Shown: positions 36,025-45,912, counted from the first letter of the stretch. The stretch: 64,000 nt of DNA from Parcubacteria group bacterium (GCA_016181765.1 JACOYR010000004.1:115937-179936), one strand, 5' to 3'. The notes: generated by a model from the sequence alone, not told the origin. A program made the numbers and translations.

Positions 36025-37284
36025 TTATGCGGACTGGCGCTCTATGTCCATAAGCCTATTATACTTTGCAACGCGCTCGCCTCGCGAGGGGGCGCCTGCC
36101 TTGAGGTACTCTGCCCCAGAAGCCACGGCAAGATCACTGATATATGCGTCATTTGTTTCTCCGCTGCGGTGCGAGACAACCACGATGATGCCGTGCTTTT
36201 GCGCGAGCTTGATGACCTCCATAGTCTCGGAGAGCGTGCCGATCTGGTTTGGTTTGACGAGAATGGCGGTCATGGCCTTCTCTGCTATCCCCTTTTCCAG
36301 CCGCTCTTTGTTGGTGGCGAGAAGGTCATCCCCAATCACCATAATACCTTCCTTCGCAACGCTGCCCGTGAAAGCGCGGAACGAATCCCATGCGTCTTCG
36401 CTAAACGGGTCCTCAATGCTCGCAAGCTGGTACTCGCGAATCCACCGGCTGTAGAGCTCCCCGAGCGTTTCCGTGGTGTACGTTTTTGCGGGCGGGGCAA
36501 CGGTGTACGCTCCATCAGTATAGAACTCGCTCGCTGCCGCGTCTATGCCCAAGGCCACGTCTATGCCCGGGGTAAAGCCCGCGTCTATGATGCTTGAGCC
36601 GAGCAGGTGGAACATGTCCTCCACGTCCGGGACGTCCGGAGCATACCCTCCCTCATTGCCCACGTCGCTGTCCAGGTCGCGCTTGACCAGTTCCCTCCCG
36701 AGCAGGTGGAAAATCTCGCTTCCGATTTCAATTTTTTCGGCAATTGTTTCCCCGGCGCGCGGGATGATCTGGAACTCCTGGACCGTAAGATTTGTGTCCG
36801 CGTGCCTGCCGCCGTTGACCAGGTTCATGATGGGAGCGGGCATTGAGGCGTGGCGCTTGAATCCAAACGTCTCCTGCAGGGAACGGTAGAGCGGCAGGCC
36901 CCGCCCAACGGAAACCGCGCGCGAAACCGCGAGGGAAACCGCGAGAATGGCATTTGCGCCGAGCTTGGATTTGTTCGGGGTGCCGTCCAAGCGGTTCATA
37001 ATGCGATCAATGCGTTCCTGATCCTCTCCATCTTCGCCAAGCAACGCTCCCGCGATTTTGACATTCACGTTGCTGCACGCCTTGAGCACGCCTTTCCCGG
37101 CATACCGGTCCGGATTGTTGTCGCGCAGCTCAAGGGCCTCGTGCGTGCCTTTAGACGCGCCCGAGGGCACGGCTGCCGCGGCTTTAGCGCCGTTTAAGAG
37201 GCGGACCGTAGCCATGACCGTGGGCTCGCCCCGCGAATCCAGTATTTCCCCGGCTTCAATGTGAGTTATGGCAAACTTATTCAT
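36025..37284 (-). CDS. eno: Enolase
   Basis: Canonical enolase signature throughout (SHRSGETED-like, LLLKVNQIGT-like). Confidence 0.97.
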   Translation of the reverse strand: MNKFAITHIEAGEILDSRGEPTVMATVRLLNGAKAAAAVPSGASKGTHEALELRDNNPDRYAGKGVLKACSNVNVKIAGALLGEDGEDQERIDRIMNRLDGTPNKSKLGANAILAVSLAVSRAVSVGRGLPLYRSLQETFGFKRHASMPAPIMNLVNGGRHADTNLTVQEFQIIPRAGETIAEKIEIGSEIFHLLGRELVKRDLDSDVGNEGGYAPDVPDVEDMFHLLGSSIIDAGFTPGIDVALGIDAAASEFYTDGAYTVAPPAKTYTTETLGELYSRWIREYQLASIEDPFSEDAWDSFRAFTGSVAKEGIMVIGDDLLATNKERLEKGIAEKAMTAILVKPNQIGTLSETMEVIKLAQKHGIIVVVSHRSGETNDAYISDLAVASGAEYLKAGAPSRGERVAKYNRLMDIERQSA

Positions 37285-37313
37285 AATTTACAACTCCTGC
37301 ACACCTCTTATTA

Positions 37314-38471
37314 TTACAAGGAAACAGCCGCGAGTCCTGGCATATCTCCGCCGACTAAGAACGTAAGCATAGCGCCTCCGCCGGCTGACACAAAACCAAA
37401 CTGATCAATCAATCCGAGCCGTTCAATGAGCTCCACGGTTTCCCCGCCTCCGGCAAGGGTGCGGCTACGCCGGTTCTTTGCAATGGCCCGGGCAACCTCC
37501 TCTGACCCGCGGGCATAGGCGCTCTCTTCAAAGGCGCCCAAGGGGCCGTTCCATAGGATGGTTTTTGCCTCGGCAATGCGCTGTACAAAAAGTTTGGTCG
37601 TTTCCGGGCCGATATCAAGCACCGCCTGGTTGGAACTGACCGCCCCAATGCCAACGACTTTTCCGCCTGCGGCAACCGCGTCACTCGGAAGCACGAATGC
37701 CTCCCCGGAGAGTTCGGACGCTCTGTTGAGCATGGCCTCTTCCACGAGCGACGCTCCCATGGAAACTCCGCGGCTTGCGAGGATTGTGTTGGCGAGCGCG
37801 CCTCCTATGAGGATGCTCTGGCTCACGCGCGCGAGTAGGGAGAGCAGTGGAAGCTTGGTGGAAATTTTTGCTCCCCCGACCACGGCGACGAACGGCTCCT
37901 TGATGCCGCCTAAAAACGACTCAAGCTCTTCTGCCTCGCGGGCAAGCGCCGGGCCCGCGAACGCCTGGCTCAAGGCGCGGGGCAGGAGCACCAAGGACGC
38001 GTGCGCCCGGTGGCTTGAGCCGAACGCATCATTCACGTACACCTCGCCCCATTGGGCGAGCTTTGATGCAAATCCTGAATCAGCGGCTTTCTCCCCGGGG
38101 TTAAAGCGGAGATTTTCCAGCATCACGAGGTCCTGGTCGCGGTGGCCCGAAGGCTCAACACTGCTGTCCTCAACAAAGGCAATGGGCTCATCCAGCCCTT
38201 CGGCGCGGCAAAGCTCCGCAAGGCGGTCGCACACGGGCGCGAGCGAGTGCTCCGGCGCGGCAGTGCCCCCGGGATTGCCGCGGTGGCCCATCATGACCAC
38301 TTGCTTGGCGCCGAACGAAAAAAGTCCAGAAAGAGTCGGGACAATGCGCTCTAACCGCAAATCGTGGAACTCGTCAACCCTGCCATCGCTCCCTACGGCA
38401 ACGTCCAAATCGCACCGCAAAACAACCCGTTTTCCCCGAATGTCTTCTTGTGTATAGCGCGCGAATTCCAT
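37314..38471 (-). CDS. pgk: Phosphoglycerate kinase
   Basis: PGK N- and C-domain motifs. Confidence 0.95.
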   Translation of the reverse strand: MEFARYTQEDIRGKRVVLRCDLDVAVGSDGRVDEFHDLRLERIVPTLSGLFSFGAKQVVMMGHRGNPGGTAAPEHSLAPVCDRLAELCRAEGLDEPIAFVEDSSVEPSGHRDQDLVMLENLRFNPGEKAADSGFASKLAQWGEVYVNDAFGSSHRAHASLVLLPRALSQAFAGPALAREAEELESFLGGIKEPFVAVVGGAKISTKLPLLSLLARVSQSILIGGALANTILASRGVSMGASLVEEAMLNRASELSGEAFVLPSDAVAAGGKVVGIGAVSSNQAVLDIGPETTKLFVQRIAEAKTILWNGPLGAFEESAYARGSEEVARAIAKNRRSRTLAGGGETVELIERLGLIDQFGFVSAGGGAMLTFLVGGDMPGLAAVSL

Positions 38472-38497
38472 GCGCTAAGTATAGCAGAAAGCGCGTG

Positions 38498-39643
38498 CTA
38501 CCTCAATTTTCTAATCTCCTCGGAAAGTACGGGTACCAAACGCTTAAGGTGCCCGAGCCGGGTGGATGCGCCCAGGGTTATGCGCAGGCTCCCTTGGGCC
38601 GCGTTTTTATCCAGTCCGCAGGCAAAAAGCACGTGCGAAGGGTCCAGGCTCCCTTCAGAGCACGCGGAGCCGCTTGAGCACCAGAATCCGCGCTCCGAGA
38701 GGCGCAGCACCAGGTGCTCGCCGGAAATCCCGGGAAAGCAGAATGATGCGCTGTTTGGGAGGCGCTCGGACGGATGGCCGGTCAATAGTGTGTCTGGAAT
38801 CCGGGACATGACTTCCTTGATGAGCCAGTTGCGCAGTTTTGACAAACGGGCGGCTTCTTTCTCCCGATGGCTCTCCGCGCGCTCAAGCGCGATTGCGGCG
38901 CCGACAATTCCAGGCACGTTTTCCGTGCCTGACCGTAACCCCCGCTCGTGCCCGCCGCCCTGCATCTGCGGCGAGACGTGCGTGCCGCGTTTAACATACA
39001 CTATGCCCGCGCCCTTGGGGCCGTAGAACTTGTGCGCCGAGAGGCTCATCAAATCAATGTGCAGCTTATTGGCAGCAAGCGGCAAAAGCCCCGGAGCCTG
39101 CACCGCGTCCGTGTGCATGAGGATCCCCTTTTTCTGCACCAGGTTTCCGATTGTTGCAATGTCCTGGATGGTGCCGATCTCATTGTTCGCGTACATGATG
39201 GATACCAAAAATGTATCATCGCGGATTGCGGCTAAGACATCCTGAGGATTCACGCGGCCGTACGCATCAACCCCGACAATGGTGGCTGATACGCCGCGCA
39301 TTTTGAGGCGCCCAACAACTTCCAAGACGCTCGCGTGCTCAATAGGGCTCGTGATGATGTGGCCTTTGCAGCCATGCGCTTCCGCAACGCCGGCAAGAGC
39401 CAGGTTGTTTGATTCGGTTCCGCCGGACGTGAACACCACTTCATCCGGATTGCAGCCAAGAACACCCGCGATTTTTTGGCGCGCCGCAGCAACTGCTTTT
39501 TTCGCGTTATGCCCGCTTGAGTGGATGGATGAGGGGTTTGCGAACTCTTCGGAGAAATACGGCCGCATTGCGGAAAACACCGCCCTGTCAAGCGGCGCAG
39601 CGGCTGCATAATCCAAGTATACGCGTTGGCGTGCCTGAAACAT
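38498..39643 (-). CDS. Cysteine desulfurase (NifS/IscS family, class V aminotransferase)
   Basis: PLP-Lys motif SAHKFYGPKG and catalytic Cys loop. Confidence 0.9.
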   Translation of the reverse strand: MFQARQRVYLDYAAAAPLDRAVFSAMRPYFSEEFANPSSIHSSGHNAKKAVAAARQKIAGVLGCNPDEVVFTSGGTESNNLALAGVAEAHGCKGHIITSPIEHASVLEVVGRLKMRGVSATIVGVDAYGRVNPQDVLAAIRDDTFLVSIMYANNEIGTIQDIATIGNLVQKKGILMHTDAVQAPGLLPLAANKLHIDLMSLSAHKFYGPKGAGIVYVKRGTHVSPQMQGGGHERGLRSGTENVPGIVGAAIALERAESHREKEAARLSKLRNWLIKEVMSRIPDTLLTGHPSERLPNSASFCFPGISGEHLVLRLSERGFWCSSGSACSEGSLDPSHVLFACGLDKNAAQGSLRITLGASTRLGHLKRLVPVLSEEIRKLR

Positions 39644-39695
39644 ACATCTGAACTCTAGTTCAGATGCGGCAAAAAATCAAATAACGTAACGCGCG

Positions 39696-40052
39696 CTACT
39701 CAAGGCTCTTTGACCATGCAACGCACGCCTGGTAGTTTTCGCTCTGCTCGCAGTAGCCCGCGCACTCTTCCCAGTTCCTGCACCCCGCGAGCTGGGCTAT
39801 GGGGAACGGCGCTGTTTTGGCGTCTACCGCTTCAAACGGGTTTTGGTAGTATGGGCCCGCTCCAGTGCCGAGCACGCGCGTTACAGGTACGGTCGTTGCC
39901 AAAGCGCGGTTCACCGCCTCCTCGGAGAACTCAAAGAGCGCAATGCTGTATCCCCAGACTCCGCCGACAATCAAGAAAGCCGCCGCGATAACCGCGGAGA
40001 GGAACTTTTCGTTCAACGATGCGATGGAGAATGATGTGATGTGGCGTTTCAT
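39696..40052 (-). CDS. Small membrane-anchored protein with C-terminal Cys motif (CRNWEECAGYCEQSENYQACVAW), co-directional downstream of giant surface protein
   Basis: TM helix plus Cys module resembling CTTPEQCEQYCTANPGVRGCEW in the giant protein. Confidence 0.45.
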   Translation of the reverse strand: MKRHITSFSIASLNEKFLSAVIAAAFLIVGGVWGYSIALFEFSEEAVNRALATTVPVTRVLGTGAGPYYQNPFEAVDAKTAPFPIAQLAGCRNWEECAGYCEQSENYQACVAWSKSLE

Positions 40053-40061
40053 AATTGCGCG

Positions 40062-43000
40062 TTAGAGGCCTAAGAGTGATTTGATGGGCGCGAACACGCG
40101 GAACGGGTTAAAGCCGGATCCAGAGGAACCCCGCTTAGTGGAAGCTCCCTGCACGGTCCCGCAGTCAGCCGGGCAGGATGACGTGGTTTCTCCGGTGCCG
40201 CAGTATGCGTTGCCGCACGTTTCCGAGGTATAGGAACTACTCCCGCAGTCGCCCGGGCACTTGGAAGAATCTTCCCCGTTGCCGCAAACGCCATCGCAAC
40301 TCGGGCCGTAATCATAGCTGCCGCTTCCAGTGCTTCCACTGCTTCCGCAGTCGCTCCAGCACGACGTGGATGTTTCGCCGCTGTCGCACGCGCCATTTCC
40401 GCAGTATGATCCCGAACTTCCGCCCGTGGCGCCGGTGCTGGAACAGCCGGTTGCGGGCGTGGCGGCACAGGAATACAGGGTTCCGTTCGCGGTGTAGTAA
40501 TTGAGCATGGACGAATCAAAACAGTTGCCGTCCGAACCCATAGTGTGCCAGCCGCTCCCGTATTTGGTGTCACAACTAGAGGTTGTTGATGTCGTGCCGC
40601 CGGTGAATGCGGAACAGCCAGGGTCCGCCGCATCAATGAAGCCATCAGCATCATTATCAACGCCGTCCGCGCATTTGAGCTGCGTGTCTTCGTAGCTGCT
40701 CGCCGCCGTTCCGCACCCGGATGATGAGTAATAGCAGTAGCTCGTTGAACCACTGCTGGTACTGGCGTACCAGCAACAATTTGAGGCAGCGGTGCACGAC
40801 GCCTGGCCAGCATACGAACCGCATGAGCCATACTGGCCGCTTGAGCCGCCGCAGTCGCTTGGGCAGCTTGAGTACGATTCATTGGACTCGCACACGCCGT
40901 CGCTGTCGCAGAATGAGCCGCTTCCCCCGCTCGTGTACGCGGAACAGCCCGGGTCCGCCGCATCAATATAGCCATCAGCATCATTGTCAACGCCGTCCGC
41001 GCATTTGAGCTGTGTGTCTTCGTAGCCGCCGCTCGTGGTTCCCCCGCAATCAGCAGGGCACGACGTGGAAGATTCGCTGGAACCGCAGATGCTGTCCCCG
41101 CACGTGTCGGTCCTGCACGCCGTAGGGCAGCCCGTGCTGCTGTAGGTACAGCCACTCGGGCACTTTGAATAGGAGCACGAGTAGGAGCCCGTGTTGTTGT
41201 TGTACGCGTTGATGGGGCACACCCCGCCGGAAGAGAGGCAGCTCGCCGGGCACCCGGTTGAATCGTAGTTGCACCCATTCGGGCATGCCTTGTAGTTGCA
41301 CGTGGTTCCGGTGGTCTGGTTGTTGTACTGGTTCGCCGGGCACGAAGGGGCGGTGTAGCAGCCCGTGGTACAGCCGGTTGAATCATAGCTGCACCCTGAC
41401 GGGCACTTCTTGTAACTGCACGAGTAGCCGCTGGTATAGTCGTTAAACTCAGTTGCCGGGCACGAAGTTGTTGTGCCGGACTTGCAGTCGCTCGGGCAGG
41501 ACGACGTGGTTTCTCCGCTTCCGCAGAATCCATTGCCGCATGTCTCCTTTACTTCTACTTCACTGGCGCCAGAACAATCCGGAATGCCGAAGTTCCTCCA
41601 GTCTCCGTCATCCCCTGCGTTGGATTTCCAGGAAAAATTCGCTTTTGGAACCTTGGTGCACTGCGCGGCAACGCCTGCGATGAAGCTTATGTACTCGCTG
41701 TCCGTGCGGTTCAAAATGTATGAGGTTTCAGTTTGGCCGTCGCTGAACTTCCAGGTCTTGCTCACCCAATTCTTGCTGCCCGGGTCTTCTGGGGCTTTCT
41801 CCGGGGCTGTGCACTTGCCCAGGAACTGGTCGTAATAATCCCCCGGGGCGCAGGTTGGGGAGCAACCCTTGGCGCAGCCAAAATTATCGTACAAGCAGTA
41901 GCTTGAGCCGCTACACGAGGGCGTGCACGAGAGCGGGCAGTTGCCCACCACCGAACTGTCCTGCCTGCAGTACCCACTGTCGTCCCACACCCAGCCGCGC
42001 TCGCACGAGCCCTTGCTTGGTGGTACGTAATCACTGCTGTTCAGGCACTTCTTGATCTGCTGTGCCCAGAACTGGCCCTTGGCGCACTCCTGGATAAAGG
42101 TTCCGCACTGCCCAAAGTATTTAACCGCAACGCCGCGAGCGCGCGCCTTGCAGTCATTGTCATAGGTGGCGTTGTCGCTGCCGCACACCGGACTGTAGAC
42201 ATCCGGGCAACCAGTTCTTCCCGTTGACTGGATGCACTCGCCGAATCGGGCGCACCCCTGCGAATCTTTGACAATGTCGCGCACCTGCCCCTCGGGACAC
42301 CCGAGCGGCGATTGCGCCGAAAGGTCCGGGCAAATGGCTACCTGCTGTATGCACGAGGGCTGGCCGCAGGGATCCCCGGGCCGGGGTGGAACAGGCTGTT
42401 CTCCGGGATTGCACGCCCGCGGCGGATTGTAAACCGCCGGACAGATGAGCGTCTGTTCGCAATACCCTCGGCTTGAGTTCCACCGCTCAAAAGGACCGCA
42501 CTGCGCAAAACCAACCGGTGGACGGTAGTAGGGGTCAACCGCGCACGAAGTTCCATTCCAGTACTGGCCAGCTGCGCATGAAACACTCGCCAAGTCAATC
42601 TCATTTTGGTACACGCACTGGTTGCGCCCCTGGTCAAAAAAGCCGCCCGGGCCGCAATCCTTGAACGTGTGTTCAACCGTTGCCCACTCGCACCCCCGAA
42701 CCCCGGGGTTCGCCGTACAGTACTGCTCGCACTGCTCCGGGGTAGTGCACTTGCCGGCCAGGGGGTTGTTCTCTTTGAAATCTTTCCGCTCCCGCTCAAT
42801 GCGGTTGCGCTCCCGCACCAAGTCGTCCGCCAGGCGCTCTTTTTCGTGCCGCGCCTCCTGCTCCAAAAACGTCAGCTGTATCTGGCGGCACGCGCTGTCG
42901 CACCAGGGGTCATTTTGCATGCGAGCCTCAAAAATCCGCTTGCGCTCGCCAAACACCTCGTCAGACCGCGATACCTGATTATTGATTTTTTCTTCCCACA

Positions 43001-44948
43001 GCGCCTTTCGGGTTCCAAAGTCTTCCCAGGAAATATCGTTGAGCTTCTCAAAAAATGCCTCCTCTTCCTGGCGCTGGACACGGTCCACCTGGAAGTTCAC
43101 CTCCCGCTCTTCATAGTCCAGCGCGGCCCGCGCAATCTCCCGCTCGCGCTCAAACTTCTGCTGTTCAACCTTGCGGACCTTGAACTGCAAGGCATCCTGG
43201 AATCCGCTGTCGCGGGCCCTGATGTCGTTGATGACGAACTCCGGCACGTCAAAGAACCGCTCGTGGAACCGGTCAAACGCTGCCGGCTCGGAAACGTCCT
43301 GCATGAACACTTTGTATTGTTCCGTGTTCTTGCGCACGAATTGGTCCTGGAACTCATCTCCAAACTGCAGATCCGCAAGAATCGCCATGTCAGAGGGATC
43401 CAGGGTTGCCACCTGGTTCAAAAACCGGTCCCCTTGCCGGCGATACTGGCTCTCAAACTGCTGGGTCATGGCCTGCTCTATCTGGTCCAAGAACTCCCGC
43501 TTTGCCGGGTCGGCTTGAACATCCTGTTCAAGGGAAGCAATCAGCTTAAAGGTCTTTGGAGAGGGATTGTTCAAAAAGTCGTCAGAGAGTTTTTGAAACC
43601 TCGCTGCCTGGTCCTGGGACTCGGCATCCTTAAACCGCTGCTTGAACGCGTCAACCGAACGGCTGTGCACCCCCTCAACGAGCTTGAATTCCTCCGAATC
43701 GGCGCTCATGCGGTTCTTAAACTCATCAAGCACAACCAAGTCCGCAACATCGTCGGTATCAAAAGACCGAAAGAACCGGTCAGAAACCTCGGGGTCGTCA
43801 ATAAGGGAGAGCTTGTCCTCAAACTTGCGGACCGCAATTTCCTTGGCCTCTTCTATCTTTGCGAGGATGTCGTCCGAAATGCCGCTTGACCGCTTGATTT
43901 CTTCCAGGATCCCGAGGAGCCGCGTTTCATCAATGGCCGCGTGCTCCAGGTACTGGGAAAACTTCTGGCCGCGCACGGCCTCGGGAATGTTCTGGATGCG
44001 GATCTCAAACTTTTGGATGGTGTTCTTTTTGGCCTGCGCAATCGCGTCTTTAACCGTAGCCGGAGCGCTGTCCCGCATGGCCTCAAGGATTTCCAAATTC
44101 TTAAGCTCCTTAAACTCGGACCCGGCCTGCTTGTCAAAGGCGCGCGTCATGCGGACGCGGACCTGATCCGGCTCATCTTCCACTCCGGCCAAGAGCTCGG
44201 TAAAATTTCCAATGGTTTTTTCCTTGGCGTCCGAAACATGCGCCACCACCTGCTCAAGCCCGGCATCCGGCTCCTCGCCCGTATCCCGCGCAAGCTGGCG
44301 CGCTTTGACTGCCTCGTCCGAAATGTCCTCCAGCACCTGCCGGTGCTTGATCTGCTTGTCCGCCACCTCGTCCAGCACGCGCTCCACCTCAAGCGGGTTG
44401 TCGGCCTTGGCGCTCTTGAGACGGGCCGTGGTCGCCCGCACATCCTCAAACTTCTTCTCAAACCGATCAATGGCGCGGTTCAGCGCGCCCGGATCCACTT
44501 GCGAAACACCTCGCTCATCAACCATCTGCTTGACCTCGGAAAGCTCCTGGTTCGCGTGCTTGAACTTAAGCTCCGCGTCCGCGACCGAGTCAAAAGTGAA
44601 CGCCTCCTGGATGCCCCAGCCAAAACGCTTGAACACGTGCAGAGGGTTATCAGGCAGGATGCGCGCCTCGCTGGTTCCCAAATCTTGAAGGCTGACACTG
44701 AAGTCCTGCACCACCTCAAGCGGAGGCTCATTTGACTGGGCTGCGGTCTGGGTAGCGCCGTCAGAAACCGGTTCTTGAGTTGCAGATTCAGCATCGCCCG
44801 CAGCCTGGTCCTGTACTGCTTGGTCTTGCGCCCCCGCAATCCCAACAAACAAAAAAGCCGCTGACAACGCGGCTACGAAAACAGACAACAACGAAAATCG
44901 TGTTGTTTGGCGGTTTAAGCGTACACTACAATATGTGCCAACCCCCAT
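40062..44948 (-). CDS. Giant membrane-anchored surface protein (1628 aa): N-terminal TM, ~700-aa charged helical stalk, C-terminal mosaic of Cys-rich modules including a Kazal-like domain, tandem ~38-aa Cys repeats, Asp-rich Ca-binding-like motifs and CGNGxCxxGET..CPxDC repeats
   Basis: Uninterrupted ORF; CPDVYSPVCGSDNATYDNDCKARARGV matches Kazal consensus; KCADGVDNDADGYIDAADPGCS occurs twice; repeats CP..YN..TG..C.Y..CP.GC.YDSTGC three times. Confidence 0.7.
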   Translation of the reverse strand: MGVGTYCSVRLNRQTTRFSLLSVFVAALSAAFLFVGIAGAQDQAVQDQAAGDAESATQEPVSDGATQTAAQSNEPPLEVVQDFSVSLQDLGTSEARILPDNPLHVFKRFGWGIQEAFTFDSVADAELKFKHANQELSEVKQMVDERGVSQVDPGALNRAIDRFEKKFEDVRATTARLKSAKADNPLEVERVLDEVADKQIKHRQVLEDISDEAVKARQLARDTGEEPDAGLEQVVAHVSDAKEKTIGNFTELLAGVEDEPDQVRVRMTRAFDKQAGSEFKELKNLEILEAMRDSAPATVKDAIAQAKKNTIQKFEIRIQNIPEAVRGQKFSQYLEHAAIDETRLLGILEEIKRSSGISDDILAKIEEAKEIAVRKFEDKLSLIDDPEVSDRFFRSFDTDDVADLVVLDEFKNRMSADSEEFKLVEGVHSRSVDAFKQRFKDAESQDQAARFQKLSDDFLNNPSPKTFKLIASLEQDVQADPAKREFLDQIEQAMTQQFESQYRRQGDRFLNQVATLDPSDMAILADLQFGDEFQDQFVRKNTEQYKVFMQDVSEPAAFDRFHERFFDVPEFVINDIRARDSGFQDALQFKVRKVEQQKFEREREIARAALDYEEREVNFQVDRVQRQEEEAFFEKLNDISWEDFGTRKALWEEKINNQVSRSDEVFGERKRIFEARMQNDPWCDSACRQIQLTFLEQEARHEKERLADDLVRERNRIERERKDFKENNPLAGKCTTPEQCEQYCTANPGVRGCEWATVEHTFKDCGPGGFFDQGRNQCVYQNEIDLASVSCAAGQYWNGTSCAVDPYYRPPVGFAQCGPFERWNSSRGYCEQTLICPAVYNPPRACNPGEQPVPPRPGDPCGQPSCIQQVAICPDLSAQSPLGCPEGQVRDIVKDSQGCARFGECIQSTGRTGCPDVYSPVCGSDNATYDNDCKARARGVAVKYFGQCGTFIQECAKGQFWAQQIKKCLNSSDYVPPSKGSCERGWVWDDSGYCRQDSSVVGNCPLSCTPSCSGSSYCLYDNFGCAKGCSPTCAPGDYYDQFLGKCTAPEKAPEDPGSKNWVSKTWKFSDGQTETSYILNRTDSEYISFIAGVAAQCTKVPKANFSWKSNAGDDGDWRNFGIPDCSGASEVEVKETCGNGFCGSGETTSSCPSDCKSGTTTSCPATEFNDYTSGYSCSYKKCPSGCSYDSTGCTTGCYTAPSCPANQYNNQTTGTTCNYKACPNGCNYDSTGCPASCLSSGGVCPINAYNNNTGSYSCSYSKCPSGCTYSSTGCPTACRTDTCGDSICGSSESSTSCPADCGGTTSGGYEDTQLKCADGVDNDADGYIDAADPGCSAYTSGGSGSFCDSDGVCESNESYSSCPSDCGGSSGQYGSCGSYAGQASCTAASNCCWYASTSSGSTSYCYYSSSGCGTAASSYEDTQLKCADGVDNDADGFIDAADPGCSAFTGGTTSTTSSCDTKYGSGWHTMGSDGNCFDSSMLNYYTANGTLYSCAATPATGCSSTGATGGSSGSYCGNGACDSGETSTSCWSDCGSSGSTGSGSYDYGPSCDGVCGNGEDSSKCPGDCGSSSYTSETCGNAYCGTGETTSSCPADCGTVQGASTKRGSSGSGFNPFRVFAPIKSLLGL

Positions 44949-45066
44949 GTGTTTTATTTTTGATTTCTTTTAGGTTGTGAGTGAAGAGGTACACTACTAT
45001 TACACCACATGCGCGGTGTTTGCACAAATGGAGTTGTGGATAACTACGCCTGGGGACTTTTGACCT

Positions 45067-45172
45067 CAATCGGCAGTGTAAATGTAAACATACTCCCCTT
45101 GCCCTCGCCCTCTGATTCGGCCCAGACGCGGCCGCCGTGCGCTTCTATAATTTTTTTGGCGATGAAAAGCCC
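45067..45172 (-). repeat. Diverged duplicate of the histidine kinase 3' end (encodes ...[40 protein letters not shown] on minus strand)
   Basis: ~106 bp aligning to 46263-46368 with differences concentrated at codon third positions. Confidence 0.75.
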
Positions 45173-45247
45173 TCTTCCGGACCCACCGGAAAATTTTGAC
45201 AAAAAACCAACACGGAATTTTCATTAACTCGGCAAGAGAAATTTAAC

Positions 45248-45285
45248 AATCAACGACCTCGGGCAGCAATGTCCAAGGTCGTTTT
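45248..45285 (+). terminator. Stem-loop acgacct...aggtcgt followed by T6
   Basis: 7-bp stem plus TTTTTT at the cassette edge. Confidence 0.4.
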
Positions 45286-45912
45286 TTACAGCGTCTTTAT
45301 CACTCCTTCAATTTTCTCTCGATCGGCCGTATTAAAATGACAGGTATCAATAAAGTGAGTATATTTTCCCGGCTCAACAGACAGCTCTCCAGCTACATAC
45401 CGTTGCAATGCCACGAACTCATTCATATTCATGAGCAGCTTTCCATAACAATCACTGGCACGCATATGTACGTGAATATCAAGCTTTCCGTCAATAATCT
45501 GAAACCATAGGATCTGTAAGCAAGGAGCTATGGATCCATGAATATCCACTTCTTGTTTCCAAATAGAGGCTTGCGCTCGTTTTCCGTTTGGTTTTTCTCT
45601 GAGATATTCAATAACATTTTGAATTTGATTTGGCTCACTGTCAAACAGGCGTTTGCGATATATCTTGGTCCAGTCATGGGTTACTTGATCTGCATGCTCA
45701 CCTGTCAGTAAGTAGTGGCTAATAGTATCTACCTGGCCTTTCGGCATACCAAAACGAATATCAAACAAATCTTGAATCGCATCTTCTACCTCAATAATCA
45801 TCGCTTCATCGCGGAATATTTCGTCATTCTCCGTGGCGCGGCCATTGTTATACAAGTCTTTCATGGCTTTTCGCCATGCCTGGCTGATAGTTGCTGTTTT
45901 TATGGTAAGCAT
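45286..45912 (-). CDS. Short thymidylate synthase-like protein (ThyA fold, methanogen-type size, 208 aa)
   Basis: SIAPCLQILWFQIIDGKLDIHVHMRASD aligns with ThyA catalytic-Cys segment (APCHxxxQFYVxDGKLSCQLYQRSxD); AT-rich. Confidence 0.55.
   Translation of the reverse strand: MLTIKTATISQAWRKAMKDLYNNGRATENDEIFRDEAMIIEVEDAIQDLFDIRFGMPKGQVDTISHYLLTGEHADQVTHDWTKIYRKRLFDSEPNQIQNVIEYLREKPNGKRAQASIWKQEVDIHGSIAPCLQILWFQIIDGKLDIHVHMRASDCYGKLLMNMNEFVALQRYVAGELSVEPGKYTHFIDTCHFNTADREKIEGVIKTL

Noticed and set aside
35425-38457. Long plus-strand ORFs (390 aa, 299 aa) antisense to gpmI/eno/pgk
   Set aside because: The glycolytic genes on the minus strand are unambiguous, so these antisense ORFs are artefacts.
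40070-41533. 487-aa alternative-frame ORF and several 60-120 aa ORFs inside the giant surface-protein gene; also the 427-aa plus-strand ORF at 42606-43889
   Set aside because: Pro/Arg/Ala/Thr-rich low-complexity translations caused by the Cys/Gly/Ser codon bias of the real frame. The 1628-aa frame has coherent domain signatures.
45009-45227. 72-aa plus-strand ORF spanning the duplicated histidine-kinase fragment
   Set aside because: The segment is better explained as the reverse-strand HK C-terminal duplicate. The plus-frame translation is featureless.
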